From assembly GCA_965655095.1 (NCBI GenBank), contig OZ296654.1, forward strand, positions 38,812,001 through 38,876,000: 64,000 nt of DNA. Reading direction: 5' to 3'. This document shows, piece after piece, positions 25,635 to 39,595 of the stretch. Made by a program: the position numbers and the translations under genes. Source of the stretch: Haplodiscus bocki. Taxonomy: Eukaryota. The first letter of the stretch is position 1, and every line of letters begins with the position of its first letter. Under the pieces are notes generated by a model. That model saw nothing but the letters and a program-made list of their open reading frames with translations, searched no databases and was not told where the DNA came from.

Positions 25635-27726
25635 TGGCGCAGGAAGTGGTCTGTTTTCTTTGCTTCTCTATCAGCGAATTTCTTCACCTCACTAACATGA
25701 AAAGGTTTTTCCAATGTCGAAAAGCAAAATATGCAATAGCTAGTAGCTTCTCTGACACGTGCTGCACATTTTTGTCTTGCATTTCGATTCCAAAGGTGGG
25801 AGTTCAGCTTTAGGTGGAGCCTAAATGTTTCGGGAGGTTTTCGGGCAAAAATTTCAGTACGCGGGCTGTTTTTTTTCTGAAGGTTGCTCGACCCAAGGAA
25901 GCACTCAAAGATTCAGAAACATCTCATCCATATCTTCAAGACAGTTTTGCTTGGGAGGGGAGTTTTAAATACTTGTGTCTCTACTAGTTGTGCTGCCGCT
26001 TAATTCATTCAGCATTTCCTGCTGAAGTTTAGCATCTTGGTCAGCGAAGTCGGTGGAATTCTTTTTGTTTGCCATGGCTGATTTATTGAGATAAGTTTTT
26101 ACAAAGTTTCTGAGAAACTTCAGAAACTTTTCACGTTTAGAAGGAGTTCTTTGCAGTTAAATGAGATGAGTGGTAGAAAGCGCTTTGTTCTGAATGGAAG
26201 TTGAATTGTTTTTCGTTGGAAATGGTAGATTGACCGGAGAAGTGAATATTCTGGAGAAATGGGGGTTAGCGATTGTAAATTTGAGTGGACACGAGAGCTT
26301 CACGATATCAACTAAGGATTGTGATACACAGGAAAACTTAGTAGGTCGATACGATTATCCAGAGACCTTCGTAGGTAGGGAGATTGCGAAAGGAGGAATA
26401 TGGATGTAGATGAGAGAGAGAGAGAGAGAGTAGAAAGATGCAATAGAAAAAAATGGCGACAATAGACGAGGTAGAAAAGAAAGAGATAGGCAGATAGAGA
26501 CTGAGATTTGATTCCTTTTTAAAGAAATTATTTTGACTTTTTGCAGTTTTCAAGATCTCGGTTTTTCGAGATTTTCACAATTTTTGACAAACTCAGATTT
26601 TAAAGAGTTTTCCAAAAAGGTTCTCTGAGTTAAGCTTAAGTCTTACTGGTACAACCCAGGATGCGCAAATCCTGAGTCTCAAAACTCTTGAAAAGCGCAG
26701 TTTTTCATAGAATCCCAGCGTTTAATTCAGCTGGGAGTGAAAACAAGTTTCCCCGGATATGAAGACAGTAATCAAAGCTTACTCTTATGTGGTACAACTT
26801 CAGCTGTCCTGGGCCTAGTCTCCACGGAGATGAAGTTGGTCTGACAGTGTGATGACTGAGTTAGAGACACCTTCTGGGCATCGAAATCATTAACTTCCGA
26901 TCGGGCCTTTTTCTGAAAATAGAAAAAGGGCTGGATTGATATTAACTTTTTTTTCAATCGTTTTTGCCTTGATCGCACGGCATACCATGATAAGTGTTGA
27001 AAGCAAGGTTTCGCGGGCCAATGCTATTTTACCCTTGAAGTTTTCATAGAAACAATTTCTGTGGGTAGAGAAGATTCTTGGAAAATTAATTAATCCGTTT
27101 CACATAGCTTTCTTTTTCGCTTTTTAATGGGACCGTTAAAACCAGTTTCAACATAACGTTTTGTTGCCAGCAATGGTTTCAGGAAACCCTCCTTTGTCAC
27201 ATGCATTTTGTCATCTTTAAATCTATGTTTTGTCTCCTCACTTCCTGCGGCTCGGAAGTAAGCTACACCTGTCTCAGCAAAAGTTCCGAGCAAACCTTCA
27301 AGGGTGACTTTTTATAGACAGTCATTTGCCATTTTTTTGATAAGATAACGACTATTCCGACCGTTTCGTTTGAGTTAAAAAAACAGCACATATCCAGAAA
27401 CTACCTGTCTAGCGCCATCATCCTTCAAGAGATGACATAATTTTTCAGTTTTCTTCTAATATCTGGAAATTTGAGTTTGTTCTCAGTAATACTTTGGGTC
27501 ACTTCTCTTTGAGGGTAATTCTGATGTTACCAAGCGTGTGTTTTAGCTTTAACGACTTTGTTAGATAATTATATTTTCTGGTTATTTTTTCAGAATGTAG
27601 TCTTTTCAGAATTCTCTCTATCTGGGACTTTTGAACAAAAGAGGAACAAGGGAAGATCAATTGGAAAACTAATGACAAGCTCTATGTAGAGAAGCAGTAT
27701 TTGCATAAAGATCGCATTCTTTCACA

Positions 27727-28086
27727 TCAAAAGAAGTTTTGAGAGTTCAGTTTCTTGAGTGCTATAACGCTTGTTCTGATCAGGTTTACATGACGCTTTT
27801 GATGCTCACCAGTGATGGTTACCAAACAGTCTTTATTGCCTGCAATGATGAGCATCTTCTTCAAAATGGTTGGAGTAGTCGAAAGACCGGCGCCAGCAGG
27901 GGCCAGTTTTAGAGTTACTTTGATCTGACGATGCTTCGCTTGAACAGTGAAAGGAACTGTGTCCACATTTGAAGGATCCCAATTTCCTCTGATGAGTCTG
28001 AACCTTGTGCAAAATGCTTTGCTAGTTGCGCCGGAGGCTGCCCTGGATCTCGATTTTTTTAATCTTCTCGCCGTATCCTAGTAAGA
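27727..28086 (-). pseudogene. uS5/RPS2-like fragment
   Basis: ORF 27727-27966. Confidence 0.8.
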
Positions 28087-30135
28087 TGGCGCAGGAAGTG
28101 GTCTGTTTTCTTTGCTTCTCTATCAGCGAATTTCTTCACCTCACTAACATGAAAAGGTTTTTCCAATGTCGAAAAGCAAAATATGCAATAGCTAGTAGCT
28201 TCTCTGACACGTGCTGCACATTTTTGTCTTGTATTTCGATTCCAAAGGTGGGAGTTCAGCTTTAGGTGGAGCCTAAATGTTTCGGGAGGTTTTCGGGCAA
28301 AAATTTCAGTACGCGGGGGGCCGTTCTTTTCCTGAAGGTTGCTCGACCCAAGGAAGCACTCAAAGATTCAGAAACATCTCATCCATATCTTCCAGACAGT
28401 TTTGCTTGGGAGGGCAGTTTTAAATACTTGTGTCTCTACTAGTTGTGCTGCCGCTTAATTCATTCAGCATTTCCTGCTGAAAATTAGCATCTTGGTCAGC
28501 GATGTCGGTGGACTTGTTTTTGTTCTCCATCGTTGATTTTTTGAGATAAATTTATACAATGTTTTTGAGAAACTTCGGAAAATTTTCACGGTTAGAAGGA
28601 GTCCTTTGCAATAAAATGAGATGAAAGGTAGAAGGCGCTTCGTTCTGAATGGAAGTTGAATTGTTTTTTGTTAGGAATGGTAGATTGACCGGAGAATTGA
28701 ATTTTCAGGAGAAATGGAGGTTAGCGATTCCAAATTAGACCGGGTACGAGAGCTTCACGATATGAACTAAGGAATGTGATACACAGGAAAACTTATTAGG
28801 TTGATACGGTTATCCGGAGACCTTCGTAGGTAGGGAGATTGCACAAGGAGGAAGACGGATGTAGATGAGAGAGGGAGAGTAGAAAGATACAAAAAGAACT
28901 ACGGCAAAAAAGAGGAGGCAGACAACAAGAGATAAGCACATAGAGACTGAGACTTGATTCCTTTATAAAAAAAAGTGTTTTAATTTTTTGCAGTCTTCAA
29001 GATCTCGGTTTTTCGAGATTTTCACACTTTTCGACAAACTCAAATTTCAGAGACTTTTTCCAACAAGGCGCTCTAAGTTAGGCTTTAGTCTCACTGGTAC
29101 GACCCAGGATGCGCAATTCCTGAGTTTTCAAATTCTTGAAAAGCGCAATTTTTGGTAGACTCTCAGCGTTTAATTCAGCTGGGAGTGAAAACAAGTTTCC
29201 CCGGATATGTAGACAGTAATCAAAGCTTTCTCTTATGTGGTACAACTTCAGCTGTCCTGGGCCTAGTCTCCACGGAGATGAAGTTGATCTGACAGTGTGA
29301 TGACTGAGTTAGCGACACCTTCTGGCATTCGAAATCATTAACTTCCGATCGGTCCTTTTTCTGAAAATAGAAAAAGGGCTGGATTGATATTAATTTTTTC
29401 TTCAATCGTTTTTGCCTTGATCGCACGGCATAGCATCGTAAGTGTTGAGAGCAAGAGTTCGCGGGCCAATGCTGTTTTACCCTTGGAGTTTTTAAAGAAA
29501 CAATTTCGGTGGGTAGAATACTTTCGTAGAAAATTAATTAATCCGTTTCACATAGCTTTCTTTCTCGCCTTTTAATGGGACCGTTAAAACCAGTTTTAAT
29601 ATAACGTATTGCTGCTAGCAATGGTTTCAGGAAACCCTCTTTTGTCACATGCATTTTGTCACCTTTAAAGTTATGTTTTTTCTCCTCACTTCTTGTGGCT
29701 CGAATGGAAGATACACCTGTCTCAGCAAAAGTTTGCGGCAAACCTTTCTCTGGTTCTCCGAATTTGGGACGACGTCCAATCATTGTCACAAGACGGACTT
29801 GTTTTGCCGCCCATTCATATCAAGGTTTTTCAGAAAATCAGCAGTTTCTTGAGAGCTCATATTGAGCGAACTCTCTCATCTACGGTCCTCGTCTTTTAGA
29901 GAGTTTAATACAACGGCACATCAAATGATGATCGTTTGAGGCTTTCGACTATCCAATTGTGAGTCAAAAACAGTTTTCAATGTTTTCCACTGGACAAAGT
30001 GGCGAATTTTCAATCGCGAACAAAAATACCACTCAACAGCATCGTCCATAGAATCAGCAACCTCATGAACAATCTTTCCATTAGAGGCAGCTACGATGAA
30101 AATCGTCTCCCTGTGAACAGAACTCCACAATATAG

Positions 30136-30567
30136 ATGTGCATGTACGTACACATACATACACATAAACCTATACATATACATTTGCACATACACATATA
30201 TACATACATAATTAATTCCATATACACTTATATGTCTACACAAATATACACTTATACGCATATACAAATACCTATATGCACATATATAAATATACACATA
30301 CATATACATATACACATACTTATACGTATACTTATACATATACATAAACATATACATCTACGTATACGTAAACATATACATAAACATCTACATATACGTA
30401 AACATATACATAAACATATGCATATACATATACGTATACATATACATATACATACAGGCATACATATATATACTTACATATACCTATACATATACATATA
30501 CAAATACACATATGCGAAAATACAGATGTACAAATTTACCTATATCTATATATAAATATAAATATAC
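30136..30567. repeat. Degenerate (TACATA)n microsatellite
   Basis: Gives the same translations as 17041-17472. Confidence 0.95.
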
Positions 30568-31014
30568 TGGGATACTGTGCGGTTCCAGGAACACCACGAG
30601 GGTGACTTTTTATAGACATTTACCTGCCATTTGTTTTTTCTATTCCGACCGTTTCGTTTGAGTTAAAAAAACAGCACATATCCAGAAACTACCTGTCTAG
30701 CGCCATCATCCTTCAAGAGAGGACATAATTTTTCAGTTTTCTTCTAATATCTGGAAATTTGAGTTTGTTCTCAGTAATACTTTGGGTCACTTCTCTTTGA
30801 GGGTAATTCTGATGTTACCAAGCGTGTGTTTTAGCTTTAACGACTTTGTTAGATAATTATATTTTCTGGTTATTTTTTCAGAATGTAGTCTTTTCAGAAT
30901 TCTCTCTATCTGGGACTTTTGAACAAAAGAGGAACAAGGGAAGATCAATTGGAAAACTAATGACAAGCTCTATGTAGAGAAGCAGTATTTGCATAAAGAT
31001 CGCATTCTTTCACA

Positions 31015-31374
31015 TCAAAAGAAGTTTTGAGAGTTCAGTTTCTTGAGTGCTATAACGCTTGTTCTGATCAGGTTTACATGACGCTTTTGATGCTCACCAG
31101 TGATGGTTACCAAACAGTCTTTATTGCCTGCAATGATGAGCATCTTCTTCAAAATGGTTGGAGTAGTCGAAAGACCGGCGCCAGCAGGGGCCAGTTTTAG
31201 AGTTACTTTGATCTGACGATGCTTCGCTTGAACAGTGAAAGGAACTGTGTCCACATTTGAAGGATCCCAATTTCCTCTGATGAGTCTGAACCTTGTGCAA
31301 AATGCTTTGCTAGTTGCGCCGGAGGCTGCCCTGGATCTCGATTTTTTTAATCTTCTCGCCGTATCCTAGTAAGA
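31015..31374 (-). pseudogene. uS5/RPS2-like fragment
   Basis: ORF 31015-31254. Confidence 0.8.
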
Positions 31375-33473
31375 TGGCGCAGGAAGTGGTCTGTTTTCTT
31401 TGCTTCTCTATCAGCGAATTTCTTCACCTCACTAACATGAAAAGGTTTTTCCAATGTCGAAAAGCAAAATATGCAATAACTAGTAGCTTCTCTGACACGT
31501 GCTGCACATTTTTGTCTTGCATTTCGATTCCAAAGGTGGGAGTTCAGCTTTAGGTGGAGCCTAAATGTTTCGGGAGGTTTTCGGGCAAAAATTTCAGTAC
31601 GCGGGGGGCCGTTCTTTTCCTGAAGGTTGCTCGACCCAAGGAAGCACTCAAAGATTCAGAAACATCTCATCCATATCTTCAAGACAGTTTTGCTTGGGAG
31701 GGGAGTTTTAAATACTTGTGTCTCTACTAGTTGTGCTGCCGCTTAATTCATTCAGCATTTCCTGCTGAAGTTTAGCATCTTGGTCAGCGAAGTCGGTGGA
31801 ATTCTTTTTGTTTGCCATGGCTGATTTATTGAGATAAGTTTTTACAAAGTTTCTGAGAAACTTCAGAAACTTTTCACGTTTAGAAGGAGTTCTTTGCAGT
31901 TAAATGAGATGAGTGGTAGAAAGCGCTTTGTTCTGAATGGAAGTTGAATTGTTTTTCGTTGGAAATGGTAGATTGACCGGAGAAGTGAATATTCTGGAGA
32001 AATGGGGGTTAGCGATTGTAAATTTGAGTGGACACGAGAGCTTCACGATATCAACTAAGGATTGTGATACACAGGAAAACTTAGTAGGTCGATACGATTA
32101 TCCAGAGACCTTCGTAGGTAGGGAGATTGCGAAAGGAGGAATATGGATGTAGATGAGAGAGAGAGAGAGAGAGAGAGTAGAAAGATGCAATAGAAAAAAA
32201 TGGCGACAATAGACGAGGTAGAAAAGAAAGAGATAGGCAGATAGAGACTGAGATTTGATTCCTTTTTAAAGAAATTATTTTGACTTTTTGCAGTTTTCAA
32301 GATCTCGGTTTTTCGAGATTTTCACAATTTTTGACAAACTCAGATTTTAAAGAGTTTTCCAAAAAGGTTCTCTGAGTTAAGCTTAAGTCTTACTGGTACA
32401 ACCCAGGATGCGCAAATCCTGAGTCTCAAAACTCTTGAAAAGCGCAGTTTTTCATAGAATCCCAGCGTTTAATTCAGCTGGGAGTGAAAACAAGTTTCCC
32501 CGGATATGAAGACAGTAATCAAAGCTTACTCTTATGTGGTACAACTTCAGCTGTCCTGGGCCTAGTCTCCACGGAGATGAAGTTGGTCTGACAGTGTGAT
32601 GACTGAGTTAGAGACACCTTCTGGGCATCGAAATCATTAACTTCCGATCGGGCCTTTTTCTGAAAATAGAAAAAGGGCTGGATTGATATTAACTTTTTTT
32701 TCAATCGTTTTTGCCTTGATCGCACGGCATACCATGATAAGTGTTGAAAGCAAGGTTTCGCGGGCCAATGCTATTTTACCCTTGAAGTTTTCATAGAAAC
32801 AATTTCTGTGGGTAGAGAAGATTCTTGGAAAATTAATTAATCCGTTTCACATAGCTTTCTTTTTCGCTTTTTAATGGGACCGTTAAAACCAGTTTCAACA
32901 TAACGTTTTGTTGCCAGCAATGGTTTCAGGAAACCCTCCTTTGTCACATGCATTTTGTCATCTTTAAAGCTATGTTTTGTCTCCTCACTTCCTGCGGCTC
33001 GGAAGTAAGCTACACCTGTCTCAGCAAAAGTTCCGAGCAAACCTTCAAGGGTGACTTTTTATAGACAGTCATTTGCCATTTTTTTGATAAGATAACGACT
33101 ATTCCGACCGTTTCGTTTGAGTTAAAAAAACAGCACATATCCAGAAACTACCTGTCTAGCGCCATCATCCTTCAAGAGATGACATAATTTTTCAGTTTTC
33201 TTCTAATATCTGGAAATTTGAGTTTGTTCTCAGTAATACTTTGGGTCACTTCTCTTTGAGGGTAAATCTGATGTTACCAAGCGTGTGTTTTAGCTTTAAC
33301 GACTTTGTTAGATAATTATATTTTCTGGTTATTTTTTCAGAATGTAGTCTTTTCAGAATTCTCTCTATCTGGGACTTTTGAACAAAAGAGGAACAAGGGA
33401 AGATCAATTGGAAAACTAATGACAAGCTCTATGTAGAGAAGCAGTATTTGCATAAAGATCGCATTCTTTCACA

Positions 33474-33833
33474 TCAAAAGAAGTTTTGAGAGTTCAGTTT
33501 CTTGAGTGCTATAACGCTTGTTCTGATCAGGTTTACATGACGCTTTTGATGCTCACCAGTGATGGTTACCAAACAGTCTTTATTGCCTGCAATGATGAGC
33601 ATCTTCTTCAAAATGGTTGGAGTAGTCGAAAGACCGGCGCCAGCAGGGGCCAGTTTTAGAGTTACTTTGATCTGACGATGCTTCGCTTGAACAGTGAAAG
33701 GAACTGTGTCCACATTTGAAGGATCCCAATTTCCTCTGATGAGTCTGAACCTTGTGCAAAATGCTTTGCTAGTTGCGCCGGAGGCTGCCCTGGATCTCGA
33801 TTTTTTTAATCTTCTCGCCGTATCCTAGTAAGA
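33474..33833 (-). pseudogene. uS5/RPS2-like fragment
   Basis: ORF 33474-33713. Confidence 0.8.
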
Positions 33834-35874
33834 TGGCGCAGGAAGTGGTCTGTTTTCTTTGCTTCTCTATCAGCGAATTTCTTCACCTCACTAACATGAA
33901 AAGGTTTTTCCAATGTCGAAAAGCAAAATATGCAATAGCTAGTAGCTTCTCTGACACGTGCTGCACATTTTTGTCTTGCATTTCGATTCCAAAGGTGGGA
34001 GTTCAGCTTTAGGTGGAGCCTAAATGTTTCGGGAGGTTTTCGGGCAAAAATTTCAGTACGCGGGGGGCCGTTCTTTTCCTGAAGGTTGCTCGACCCAAGG
34101 AAGCACTCAAAGATTCAGAAACATCTCATCCATATCTTCCAGACAGTTTTGCTTGGGAGGGCAGTTTTAAATACTTGTGTCTCTACTAGTTGTGCTGCCG
34201 CTTAATTCATTCAGCATTTCCTGCTGAAAATTAGCATCTTGGTCAGCGATGTCGGTGGACTTGTTTTTGTTCTCCATCGTTGATTTTTTGAGATAAATTT
34301 ATACAATGTTTTTGAGAAACTTCGGAAAATTTTCACGGTTAGAAGGAGTCCTTTGCAATAAAATGAGATGAAAGGTAGAAGGCGCTTCGTTCTGAATGGA
34401 AGTTGAATTGTTTTTTGTTAGGAATGGTAGATTGACCGGAGAATTGAATTTTCAGGAGAAATGGTGGTTAGCGATTCCAAATTAGACCGGGTACGAGAGC
34501 TTCACGATATGAACTAAGGAATGTGATACACAGGAAAACTTATTAGGTTGATACGGTTATCCGGAGACCTTCGTAGGTAGGGAGATTGCACAAGGAGGAA
34601 GACGGATGTAGATGAGAGAGGGAGAGTAGAAAGATACAAAAAGAACTACGGCAAAAAAGAGGAGGCAGACAACAAGAGATAAGCACATAGAGACTGAGAC
34701 TTGATTCCTTTATAAAAAAAAGTGTTTTAATTTTTTGCAGTCTTCAAGATCTCGGTTCTTCGAGATTTTCACACTTTTCGACAAACTCAAATTTCAGAGA
34801 CTTTTTCCAACAAGGCGCTCTAAGTTAGGCTTTAGTCTCACTGGTACGACCCAGGATGCGCAATTCCTGAGTTTTCAAATTCTTGAAAAGCGCAATTTTT
34901 GGTAGGCTCTCAGCGTTTAATTCAGCTGGGAGTGAAAACAAGTTTCCCCGGATATGTAGACAGTAATCAAAGCTTTCTCTTATGTGGTACAACTTCAGCT
35001 GTCCTGGGCCTAGTCTCCACGGAGATGAAGTTGATCTGACAGTGTGATGACTGAGTTAGCGACACCTTCTGGCATTCGAAATCATTAACTTCCGATCGGT
35101 CCTTTTTCTGAAAATAGAAAAAGGGCTGGATTGATATTAATTTTTTCTTCAATCGTTTTTGCCTTGATCGCACGGCATAGCATCGTAAGTGTTGAGAGCA
35201 AGAGTTCGCGGGCCAATGCTGTTTTACCCTTGGAGTTTTTAAAGAAACAATTTCGGTGGGTAGAATACTTTCGTAGAAAATTAATTAATCCGTTTCACAT
35301 AGCTTTCTTTCTCGCCTTTTAATGGGACCGTTAAAACCAGTTTTAACATAACGTATTGCTGCTAGCAATGGTTTCAGGAAACCCTCTTTTGTCACATGCA
35401 TTTTGTCACCTTTAAAGTTATGTTTTTTCTCCTCACTTCTTGTGGCTCGAATGGAAGATACACCTGTCTCAGCAAAAGTTTGCGGCAAACCTTTCTCTGG
35501 TTCTCCGAATTTGGGACGACGTCCAATCATTGTCACAAGACGCACTTGTTTTGCCGCCAATTCATATCAAGGTTTTTCAGAAAATCAGCAGTTTCTTGAG
35601 AGCTCATATTGAGCGAACTCTCATCTACGGTCCTCGTCTTTTAGAGAGTTTAATACAACGGCACATCAAATGATGATCGTTTGAGGCTTTCGACTATCCA
35701 ATTGTGAGTCAAAAACAGTTTTCAATGTTTTCCACTGGACAAAGTGGCGAATTTTCAATCGCGAACAAAAATACCACTCAACAGCATCGTCCATAGAATC
35801 AGCAACCTCATGAACAATCTTTCCATTCGAGGCAGCTACGATGAAAATCGTCTCCCTGTGAACAGAACCCCACA

Positions 35875-36320
35875 ATGTGCATGTACATGTGCATGTACGT
35901 ACACATACATACACACAAACCTATACATATACATTTGCACATACACATATATACATATATAAATAAGTCCATATACACTTATATGTCTACACACATATAC
36001 ACTTATACGCATATACAAATACCTATATGCAAATATATACATATACACATACATATACATATACACATACTTATACGTATACTTATACATATACATAAAC
36101 ATATACATCTACGTATACGTAAACATATACATAAACATCTACATATACGTAAACATATACATAAACATATGCATATACATATACGTATACATATACATAT
36201 ACATACAGGCATACATATATATACTTACATATACCTATACATATACATAAACAAATACACATATGCACAAATACGGATGTACAACCTTACCTATATATCT
36301 ATATATAAATATAAATATAC
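35875..36320. repeat. Degenerate (TACATA)n microsatellite
   Basis: Direct inspection. Confidence 0.95.
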
Positions 36321-36768
36321 TGGGATACTGTGCGGTTCCAGGAACACCACAAGGGTGACTTTTTATACACATTTACCTGCCATTTATTTTTTCTATTCCG
36401 ACCGTTTCGTTTGAGTTAAAAAAAACAGCACATATCCAGAAACTACCTGTCTAGCGCCATCATCCTTCAAGAGATGACATAATTTTTCATTTTTCTTCTA
36501 ATATCTGAACAATTGAATTTATTCTCAGTAATACTTTGGGTTACTTCTCTTTGAGGGTAATTCTGATGTTACCAAGCGTGTGTTTTAGCTTTAACGACTT
36601 TGTGAGATAATTGTATTTTCTTGTGGTCTTTTCAGAATGTAGTCTTTTCAGAATTCTCTCTATCTGGGACTTTTGAACAAAAGAGGAACAAGGGAAGATC
36701 AATTGGAAAACTAATGACAAGCTCTATGTAGAGAAGCAGTATTTGCATAAAGATCGCATTCTTTCACA

Positions 36769-37128
36769 TCAAAAGAAGTTTTGAGAGTTCAGTTTCTTGA
36801 GTGCTATAACGCTTGTTCTGATCAGGTTTACATGACGCTTTTGATGCTCACCAGTGATGGTTACCAAACAGTCTTTATTGCCTGCAATGATGAGCATCTT
36901 CTTCAAAATGGTTGGAGTAGTCGAAAGACCGGCGCCAGCAGGGGCCAGTTTTAGAGTTACTTTGATCTGACGATGCTTCGCTTGAACAGTGAAAGGAACT
37001 GTGTCCACATTTGAAGGATCCCAATTTCCTCTGATGAGTCTGAACCTTGTGCAAAATGCTTTGCTAGTTGCGCCGGAGGCTGCCCTGGATCTCGTTTTTT
37101 TTAATCTTCTCGCCGTATCCTAGTAAGA
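36769..37128 (-). pseudogene. uS5/RPS2-like fragment
   Basis: ORF 36769-37008. Confidence 0.8.
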
Positions 37129-37905
37129 TGGCGCAGGAAGTGGTCTGTTTTCTTTGCTTCTCTATCAGCGAATTTCTTCACCTCACTAACATGAAAAGGT
37201 TTTTCCAATGTCGAAAAGCAAAATATGCAATAGCTAGTAGCTTCTCTGACACGTGCTGCACATTTTTGTCTTGCATTTCGATTCCAAAGGTGGGAGTTCA
37301 GCTTTAGGTGGAGCCTAAATGTTTCGGGAGGTTTTCGGGCAAAAATTTCAGTACGCGGGGGGCCGTTCTTTTCCTGAAGGTTGCTCGACCCTAGGAAGCA
37401 CTCAAAGATTCAGAAACATCTCATCCATATCTTCCAGACAGTTTTGCTTGGGAGGGCAGTTTTAAATACTTATGTCTCTACTAGTTGTGCTGCCGCTTAA
37501 TTCATTCAGCATTTCCTGCTGAAAATTAGCATCTTGGTCAGCGATGTCGGTGGACTTGTTTTTGTTCTCCATCGTTGATTTTTTGAGATAAATTTATACA
37601 ATGTTTTTGAGAAACTTCGGAAAATTTTCACGGTTAGAAGGAGTCCTTTGCAATAAAATGAGATGAAAGGTAGAAGGCGCTTCGTTCTGAATGGAAGTTG
37701 AATTGTTTTTTGTTAGGAATGGTAGATTGACCGGAGAGGTGAATGTTCAGTAGAAATGGAGGTTAGCGATTCCAAATTAGACCGGGTACGAGAGCTTCAC
37801 GATATGAACTAAGGAATGTGATACACAGGAAAACTTAGTAGGTCGATAGGGTTATCCGGAGACCTTCGTAGGTAGAGAGATTGCGAAAGGAGGAATATGG
37901 ATGTA

Positions 37906-37943
<38 letters not shown>

Positions 37944-39235
37944 AAGATGCAATAGAAAAAAATGGCGACAATAGACGAGGTAGAAAAGAAAGAGATAGGC
38001 AGATAGAGACTGAGATTTGATTCCTTTTTAAAGAAATTATTTTGACTTTTTGCAGTTTTCAAGATCTCGGTTTTTCGAGATTTTCACAATTTTTGACAAA
38101 CTCAGATTTTAAAGAGTTTTCCAAAAAGGTTCTCTGAGTTAAGCTTAAGTCTTACTGGTACAACCCAGGATGCGCAAATCCTGAGTCTCAAAACTCTTGA
38201 AAAGCGCAGTTTTTCATAGAATCCCAGCGTTTAATTCAGCTGGGAGTGAAAACAAGTTTCCCCGGATATGAAGACAGTAATCAAAGCTTACTCTTATGTG
38301 GTACAACTTCAGCTGTCCTGGGCCTAGTCTCCACGGAGATGAAGTTGGTCTGACAGTGTGATGACTGAGTTAGAGACACCTTCTGGGCATCGAAATCATT
38401 AACTTCCGATCGGGCCTTTTTCTGAAAATAGAAAAAGGGCTGGATTGATATTAACTTTTTTTTCAATCGTTTTTGCCTTGATCGCACGGCATACCATGAT
38501 AAGTGTTGAAAGCAAGGTTTCGCGGGCCAATGCTATTTTACCCTTGAAGTTTTCATAGAAACAATTTCTGTGGGTAGAGAAGATTCTTGGAAAATTAATT
38601 AATCCGTTTCACATAGCTTTCTTTTTCGCTTTTTAATGGGACCGTTAAAACCAGTTTCAACATAACGTTTTGTTGCCAGCAATGGTTTCAGGAAACCCTC
38701 CTTTGTCACATGCATTTTGTCATCTTTAAAGCTATGTTTTGTCTCCTCACTTCCTGCGGCTCGGAAGTAAGCTACACCTGTCTCAGCAAAAGTTCCGAGC
38801 AAACCTTCAAGGGTGACTTTTTATAGACAGTCATTTGCCATTTTTTTGATAAGATAACGACTATTCCGACCGTTTCGTTTGAGTTAAAAAAACAGCACAT
38901 ATCCAGAAACTACCTGTCTAGCGCCATCATCCTTCAAGAGATGACATAATTTTTCAGTTTTCTTCTAATATCTGGAAATTTGAGTTTGTTCTCAGTAATA
39001 CTTTGGGTCACTTCTCTTTGAGGGTAATTCTGATGTTACCAAGCGTGTGTTTTAGCTTTAACGACTTTGTTAGATAATTATATTTTCTGGTTATTTTTTC
39101 AGAATGTAGTCTTTTCAGAATTCTCTCTATCTGGGACTTTTGAACAAAAGAGGAACAAGGGAAGATCAATTGGAAAACTAATGACAAGCTCTATGTAGAG
39201 AAGCAGTATTTGCATAAAGATCGCATTCTTTCACA

Positions 39236-39595
39236 TCAAAAGAAGTTTTGAGAGTTCAGTTTCTTGAGTGCTATAACGCTTGTTCTGATCAGGTTTACAT
39301 GACGCTTTTGATGCTCACCAGTGATGGTTACCAAACAGTCTTTATTGCCTGCAATGATGAGCATCTTCTTCAAAATGGTTGGAGTAGTCGAAAGACCGGC
39401 GCCAGCAGGGGCCAGTTTTAGAGTTACTTTGATCTGACGATGCTTCGCTTGAACAGTGAAAGGAACTGTGTCCACATTTGAAGGATCCCAATTTCCTCTG
39501 ATGAGTCTGAACCTTGTGCAAAATGCTTTGCTAGTTGCGCCGGAGGCTGCCCTGGATCTCGATTTTTTTAATCTTCTCGCCGTATCCTAGTAAGA
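39236..39595 (-). pseudogene. uS5/RPS2-like fragment
   Basis: ORF 39236-39475. Confidence 0.8.
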
